A stretch of 63,498 nt of DNA, filler included, from Atractiella rhizophila (taxonomy: Eukaryota): NCBI GenBank assembly GCA_021432655.1. It is 5 parts of 5 records of this genome, joined end to end, with 100 filler letters (N's around TTAATTAATTAA, not from the genome) between each part and the next. Parts side by side here need not be neighbours in the genome. Positions count along the whole stretch, not along the records: positions 62,428 to 63,498 come from MU271743.1; 4 more parts are not named here. One strand, 5' to 3'. Positions within the stretch are counted from its first letter, which is position 1. Each line of letters begins with the position of its first letter. Both the position numbers and the translations under genes were made by a program. The notes under the pieces were generated by a model. The model searched no databases, was not told the DNA's origin, and worked only from the letters and a program-made list of their open reading frames with translations. Positions 62,941-63,498 of the stretch are shown here, one piece after another.

Positions 62941-63498
62941 TTAATTTTCCGTTTCATCAATCTTCTGAAGCAGATTGTCGCAGTCGTCTACATCGGAAGT
63001 GGCAAAACAGTCCGAGTAAAGCTGACGGGCGCGACCAACTTCCTCTCGCGCGACGGGGTATTGGGACGATTGGAAGAGGAGTTGGCCCAGCCTCTCTCTG
63101 CTCCGGGCTTCGTAGCAGCCACCAACTGCTTTGCTCAAATTGACTGCTTCCTGCAGAACGTCGATTGCTTTGAACACACTCTGGGAGTCTCCAGTGTAAA
63201 CCGTGCTTATACCGAAAAGACAATTAAGTTGACCTCCTAGGTCTTGAGCCAGGAGGTACAGCTCTTTCGCCTCCTCGAAACGGCTGAGCGCTTCATCCAT
63301 CCGACCCCGATGCTGCTCAGTCTCCCCGATGCTGCAAATGCAGTGGGCTTGGCCCTGCCGATCTTCTACCACCTGGTACAGCTCCTTCGCCTCCTCGAAA
63401 CGCCGCAGCGCTTCCTCCATCTGACCCCCATGCTGCTCAATCTCCCCGATGCTGCGAATGCAGTGGGCTTGCCCCAGCCGATCTTCTACCACCTGGTA
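62941..63498 (-). CDS. TPR repeat protein C-terminus with 40-aa repeats; possible fungal NLR; partial
   Basis: VEDRLGQAHCIRSIGEIEQHGGQMEEALRRFEEAKELYQV and VEDRQGQAHCICSIGETEQHRGRMDEALSRFEEAKELY, on a 120-nt period. Confidence 0.85.
   Translation of the reverse strand, partial: YQVVEDRLGQAHCIRSIGEIEQHGGQMEEALRRFEEAKELYQVVEDRQGQAHCICSIGETEQHRGRMDEALSRFEEAKELYLLAQDLGGQLNCLFGISTVYTGDSQSVFKAIDVLQEAVNLSKAVGGCYEARSRERLGQLLFQSSQYPVAREEVGRARQLYSDCFATSDVDDCDNLLQKIDETEN

Overview
Intron-rich fungal genomic DNA (typical introns about 50 nt, frequent micro-exons). It is most likely a basidiomycete (inference from intron density and gene content; the species cannot be determined). The window is five contigs joined by artificial 100-bp N/TTAATTAATTAA/N linkers. 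Recognisable genes: a secreted six-Cys repeat protein, a tail-anchored START-like protein, an MFS transporter, MTO1/GidA, a Zn2Cys6 factor, a subtilisin, a zinc-dependent dehydrogenase, SWI3/RSC8, mago nashi (plus a 5'-truncated tandem copy), RPS20, a YOR389W-like protein, a TMEM254-like protein, three F-box-like proteins, an oxalate decarboxylase, a Pmp3-like protein, a copia RT/RNase H fragment, a serine dehydratase C-terminus and an NLR-type TPR array. The most notable item is absent from the ORF track: manual splicing gives a stand-alone LigD 3'-phosphoesterase (DNA/RNA end-healing) gene with an intact catalytic set and a Cys/His loop insertion. Two tandem duplications share the same junction signature, and two F-box-like paralogs share an unassigned N-terminal domain. 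All gene models were spliced by eye and no database searches were run.
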